Source of the DNA: an uncultured delta proteobacterium
Lineage (GTDB): Bacteria > Desulfobacterota > Syntrophia > Syntrophales > UBA2185
Reading direction: 5' to 3'
Assembly (NCBI GenBank): GCA_963729715.1
Contig: CAVSPA010000016.1
Span: 28,064-92,063 of the forward strand
DNA: 64,000 bases
The notes beneath the pieces were generated by a model, which did not search any database, was not told the DNA's origin, and saw only the letters and a list, made by a program, of their open reading frames with translations. Shown in pieces: positions 59,124 through 64,000 of the stretch (positions within the stretch are counted from its first letter, which is position 1; the number at the start of each line of letters is the position of its first letter). A program made the position numbers and the translations under genes.

Positions 59124-61454
59124 ATGGCAATGAAAACGGACGTTCTGCAAGCAGAAAAGAAAATGATGGACGGCAATCTGACGTTTAATCAGCAGGCCGA
59201 TCTCGAGGAGCAACTGCGCCTCCGTAAGGCATTGCAGGATATCACAAACCGCATTCACTCTGCACACAACACAAGGCAAATCCTCGTCGACCTGAAGGAC
59301 GGCATTCTAAACCTCTTCGATGCCCATTCAATCACCATCTACATGGTGGACAAACTGAAGAATGAAATATATTCCATGTTTCTCGTAGGCTCTCAGCTTA
59401 AAGAAATCAGGGTGCCGGTCAATAACAAAAGCATCGCCGGTTATGTGGCAAACACGGGTAAGCCGATTAACATAGCCGACGTCTATGATATTGAGGAGCT
59501 CAAGAACATTGATAAAGACCTGGCCTTTGATTATAGGTGGGATAAAAAATCAGGCTTTAGAACCAAGCAGGTTCTGGCAGCCCCTATCTTTTATGAAAAG
59601 ACTCTCAAGGGTGTTGTCCAGATATTGAACAGAAAAAATGAGGGTAAATTTACCGAAGATGAACAGGGGTTCTTGCTGGAGATTGCCGATGTTTTGGGAA
59701 TCGCCATCAACAATCAGGAGATATACGGAAGAAGGAGGAAGACAAGATTCGATTACCTCGTCACCCGCGGATTTCTCAAGGAGTACGAACTGGACAGCGC
59801 CTGGGATAGAGCGAGGGAAGAAAAGGAATCGATGGAAACCTTCCTGATGAGTAAGTATAAGATCTCGAGGAGTGATATCGCCAGATCTTATGAAGAATAC
59901 TTCCACTGCAAGGTCATTTCGTTCAACGAGAAATTCCCCATCCCGGGAGACTTGTTGAAGAATTTGAAGAGAGAATTTCTCCGCCGTGAGATGTGGGTTC
60001 CACTGCAAAGAGTGGATGGAAGCATCCATGTCATCATGGATGACCCATACAATATCCTCAAGCGCGATACGATCGAAAGCATCCTAAAAACGAAGGCAGT
60101 CAAATATGATGTCGCGCTCCCGGACGACATCATTAAGTACATCAATCTGTTCTACTCAACGAATGAAGACGACCAGTCGATATCTGACATTCTCGGAAAG
60201 CTCGTTTCCGACGACGAAGCTGAAGATGATGAAGGCGAAGTCATTACAGAATCTGACAGCGTCATCATGCAAATCGTGAACAAGATTATCAACGACGCAT
60301 ATGCAAGGCGCTCATCCGACATTCACGTCGAACCGAATGTTGCGAAGAAAAATGTGGAAATCCGTTACAGGGTTGACGGGGAATGTATGCTCTATCAGAC
60401 CCTTCCTTACAACTACCGCGCCGCTATCGTTTCGAGAATAAAGATCATGTCCAATCTCGACATAACGGTTAAGAGACTCCCGCAGGACGGCAAGATAAAG
60501 TTCAGGCGCGCGGGCGGCGAAGAAATCGAGCTCCGCGTGGCTACACTTCCTACCCAGGGCGGCGTGGAGGACGTGGTCATGCGAATACTCGCCAAGGGTA
60601 CGACCATGCCGCTCGAAGAAATGGGGTTATTGGACAGAAACTACAAAGGGCTCATCAGCATCAGCGAAAAACCGTACGGCCTGATCCTGTGCGTTGGCCC
60701 CACTGGTTCCGGAAAAACCACCACCCTGCATGCGGCGTTGCACCATATAAATACACCGGACAAGAAGATCTGGACGGCAGAAGATCCCGTCGAAATTACC
60801 CAGTACGGGCTGCGTCAGGTTCAGGTGCACCCCAAGATCGGATTGGATTTTGCCGCCGTTACGCGCGCCTTCCTTCGCGCTGATCCGGATGTTATCATGG
60901 TCGGCGAAATGAGAGATTTTGAAACGGCGAGAACCGGCATCGAAGCATCACTGACAGGGCACTTGGTCTTCAGCACCCTGCACACGAACAGCGCCCCTGA
61001 GACGGTAGTCAGGCTTCTCGATATGGGGATAGACCCCCTGAACTTTGCGGACTCCCTCCTGGGAATCCTTGCACAGCGTCTGGTGAGAACCCTCTGCACA
61101 GTCTGCAAAGAGGCATATAATCCATCAATCGATGAATATAACGAACTGGTGGAAGGTTACGGTCATGATCTTTTTGAGAAACTGAACCTGCCCTACTCAG
61201 ATGACCTGATCCTCTATCGCCCAAAGGGTTGTGAGGCTTGCGTCAAGACCGGGTACAAGGGAAGAATGGGTATCCATGAACTCCTCATTAATACGGATAC
61301 GATCAAGAGATTGATTCAGAAACATGCATCTGTCGAGGAGATTCGTGACGCGGCAATCGCGGAAGGGATGACCACCCTGCTCCAAGATGGACTGCAGAAA
61401 GCCCTCCGGGGCGTGACGGACGCAAAGCAGGTTCGCAGAGTCTGTATTAAATAA
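59124..61454 (+). CDS. GAF-domain + GspE/PilB-family secretion/pilus ATPase
   Basis: N-terminal GAF (SIAGYVA, DKKSGFRTK..LAAP, Q.LNRK..F), SDIHVEP, PQDG, GPTGSGKTT, TAEDPVE, DPDVIMVGEMRD, GHLVFSTLHTN, CTVC...CEAC. Confidence 0.92.
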   Translation: MAMKTDVLQAEKKMMDGNLTFNQQADLEEQLRLRKALQDITNRIHSAHNTRQILVDLKDGILNLFDAHSITIYMVDKLKNEIYSMFLVGSQLKEIRVPVNNKSIAGYVANTGKPINIADVYDIEELKNIDKDLAFDYRWDKKSGFRTKQVLAAPIFYEKTLKGVVQILNRKNEGKFTEDEQGFLLEIADVLGIAINNQEIYGRRRKTRFDYLVTRGFLKEYELDSAWDRAREEKESMETFLMSKYKISRSDIARSYEEYFHCKVISFNEKFPIPGDLLKNLKREFLRREMWVPLQRVDGSIHVIMDDPYNILKRDTIESILKTKAVKYDVALPDDIIKYINLFYSTNEDDQSISDILGKLVSDDEAEDDEGEVITESDSVIMQIVNKIINDAYARRSSDIHVEPNVAKKNVEIRYRVDGECMLYQTLPYNYRAAIVSRIKIMSNLDITVKRLPQDGKIKFRRAGGEEIELRVATLPTQGGVEDVVMRILAKGTTMPLEEMGLLDRNYKGLISISEKPYGLILCVGPTGSGKTTTLHAALHHINTPDKKIWTAEDPVEITQYGLRQVQVHPKIGLDFAAVTRAFLRADPDVIMVGEMRDFETARTGIEASLTGHLVFSTLHTNSAPETVVRLLDMGIDPLNFADSLLGILAQRLVRTLCTVCKEAYNPSIDEYNELVEGYGHDLFEKLNLPYSDDLILYRPKGCEACVKTGYKGRMGIHELLINTDTIKRLIQKHASVEEIRDAAIAEGMTTLLQDGLQKALRGVTDAKQVRRVCIK

Positions 61455-61494
61455 TAAGAAGATAATCGAAAAATTTGCACAGGTGACTGATCTC

Positions 61495-64000
61495 TTATAA
61501 GAGTTTGTCCTTCCAGGAACTGAGCTTCTGCAGGGCCTCAAGGGGGGTCATATTCGGGATATCCAGCGACTTCAGCTCATTTGCAATTATTTCCTCACTG
61601 TCCATAAAGAGGCTTAACTGCGCCTTATCCTTCGGAGGCGATCTCCTGCCCCGGGCGATCTTGGGCATGCCTACCTCATCGAATTCACCCTTTTCCAGGT
61701 TATTCAAAATCTCTCTGGCCCTGACAATGACTTCCTCGGGAACTCCCGCTATTCTCGCCACCTGAATGCCGTAGCTCCGATTTGTTCCGCCTTCCACGAT
61801 CCTTCTGAGAAAGATGATCCTGTCTCCCCACTCCTTGACGGCAATATTGAAATTCTTTACTCCTTGCTTCGTCAAGGCGAGGTCAGTCAACTGGTGATAA
61901 TGGGTCGCAAAGAGCGTGCGCGCCCCAATGAGTTTCGCATCGTGAATGTATTCCGCCGTTGCCCAGGCAATGCTGAGCCCGTCAAATGTACTGGTGCCCC
62001 TGCCAACCTCATCGAGGATGATCAGGCTTCTCCTTGTGGCATTCTTCAGGATATTCGCCACTTCATTCATCTCGATCATGAAGGTGCTCTGTCCTTTCGC
62101 CAAGCTGTCCGCCGCCCCGATACGCGTAAACACGCGGTCGACAACACCGATACGCGCCTCCTGCGCGGGCACAAAACTTCCCGTCTGGGCGAGGATCACG
62201 ATGAGGGCGATCTGCCTGATGTATGTCGATTTTCCCGCCATATTCGGACCGGTGATAATGAGCAGGCGGTTTTCATCGAGATCGAGACGGACATCATTGG
62301 GCACAAACCCGTCCGGCAGCGGCATCCTTTCCACGACAGGATGCCTGCCGTCCTTTATTTCAATCCTGTCTTCACAATCGATAACGGGACAGCAGTAGTT
62401 GTAGCGCTCCGCCGTCTCAGCGAGAGATGCAAGGCCGTCGAGGTCGGCAATATGCGAAGCCGTGGTCTGAATCCGTTTTATCTCCTTTGATATCTCTCCC
62501 CTGATCCGGACGAAGAGATCATATTCCCGCTCCTTCCGGCGGTCCTCCGCGGTAAGAACGGTATGCTCGTATCCTTTCAGCTCCTCATTGATATACCGCT
62601 CCGCATTTATGAGGGTCTGTTTCCGGATGTAATCCTGGGGTACGAGATCCGTATTCGCCTTGGTGACTTCAATATAATATCCGAAGACACTGTTAAATCC
62701 CACTTTCAGAGAATTGATCCCCGTTCGCTTTCTCTCCCTCTGTTCAAGGGCGGCGATCCACTTTTTTCCGTCTCTGCTCGCGGAAATCAGCTCGTCGAGG
62801 TCATGATCATAACCCTCCTTGATGACTCCACCTTCCCTGATTGTCATCGGAGGGTCTTCGACAATGGCTCGCTCAATGGCGGCACAGATATCCGGCATCT
62901 CATCAATTCCGGCATAGACGGACGTGAGCAGTGCGGATCAAGGCCCCAAATGAATGCCCTTATTTGCGGGAGCGCATTCAGGGATGTTTTCAGGGCAATC
63001 AGGTCGCGGCCATTGGCGACACCCATAGAAACCCTGCTTGCCAGCCTTTCCAAGTCATAGACTTTGGAGAGGGCATCCCTCAAATCCCCTCTCAGTATAT
63101 GGTGCTCCTTAATTTCAGATACCGCCGCCAGTCTTTCTCTGATCCCTCTGTATCGACTAGAGGATAGTTCATTCTCCACCGGAGCCTCCTTGTGCCCATG
63201 GATGTGATTGTCTCGTCGAGGATATGAAAGAGTGACCCTTCCTTTCTGTTTTCGGTTATGGTTGCAAATAATTCAAGATTTCGCTTGGCTATTTCATCCA
63301 TGACAAGGTAGCTGTCGGTCTCGTACCAATGAATGGCGTTAATGTGTCCCGGGTGGTCCTTCTGCGTTTCTTCCACGTAGCGGAGGATGGCGCCAGCTGC
63401 GGCTATCGTAGCCGGATGTCTTAATATGCCTTCCTTAGTCAGCAAGTTTTTCAGAAAAGTATTCTCTTAAGCGGTCGCAAGCGGCATCATAATCAAAATA
63501 TTCCGCCGTGAAAAAATTTATTCTGGGCCTCGGGATTCTTCTGCGACAGCATCTTTACAACAGCTTTTTCACGAAAGTCCTCCTCGATGATGACTTCGCG
63601 AAAATCGAGACCGCTTATTTCCGCTATGAAAATATCCCTGTTCTGAGACTCCGTGACCAGAAATTCCCCTGTAGATATGTCGAGGAAAGCAAGGCCGAAC
63701 TTGTCGTCCCGGAGCGCAAGAGCCATCAGGAATGCATTTTCCTTGATGTTCGTGTTATCTTCGTTTACAAAGAGAGCAGGTGTGATGATGCGTACCACGT
63801 CTCTTTTCACAACGCCTTTTGCTTCTCTTGGATCTTCGGTCTGCTCACAGATTGCTACTTTGAAACCCTTCTCGATAAGCTTTGCGATATACGTTGACGC
63901 TGCATGGTAGGGTATGCCGCAGAAGGAGGAATACTGTCTTCCTTTCCCCTGTTCCGAGACGTGAGAGTAATCTCCAGAATTTTGGAAGCGGTAATTGCAT
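61495..64000 (-). pseudogene. mutS: DNA mismatch repair protein MutS, 5'-truncated by the window, with about 5 frameshifts (pseudogene or sequencing error)
   Basis: Consecutive fragments in shifting frames: [70 protein letters not shown]. Confidence 0.9.

Overview
Bacterial chromosomal segment that looks deltaproteobacterial, probably Syntrophales-like. This is inferred from gene content (Geobacter/Syntrophus-type pilin with a sigma54 promoter, FadN-type beta-oxidation operon, HDOD/GGDEF module, PyrR attenuator), not from a phylogeny. The left arm (1-15.7 kb) carries TPR and DUF4034-like proteins, ampG plus a C26 gamma-glutamyl hydrolase, ferredoxin-fba, an HDOD/GGDEF module, queDEC and a TetR-controlled beta-oxidation operon. 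The centre (15.8-38.5 kb) is a ~23 kb accessory locus ending in a type IVa pilin gene. It encodes three TMTC-like (GT-C membrane domain + TPR) proteins, two DPM-synthase-like GT2s, a UPF0104 flippase-like protein, WbpB/WbpD/WbpE-like and AsnB-like sugar enzymes, three methyltransferases, a deacetylase and DUF354. I found no recognisable Wzx/Wzy/WaaL/PglB/initiating phosphoglycosyltransferase. This is the best candidate for an undescribed system: a pilin glycosylation pathway using lipid-monophosphate sugar donors. Two of the TMTC-like genes share a ~1 kb apparently identical block but have divergent TPR domains. The right arm (38.8-64 kb) is mostly housekeeping: a second PTPS/QueD with the hybrid CExxHGH motif, folE2, nadE, mazG, queA-tgt-yajC-secDF, lepB, pyrR-pyrB-pyrC-recO, glyQS, a GAF-fused PilB/GspE ATPase and a mutS with about five frameshifts near the window end (probably sequencing error). 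No tRNA, rRNA, CRISPR array, transposase or integrase was recognised.
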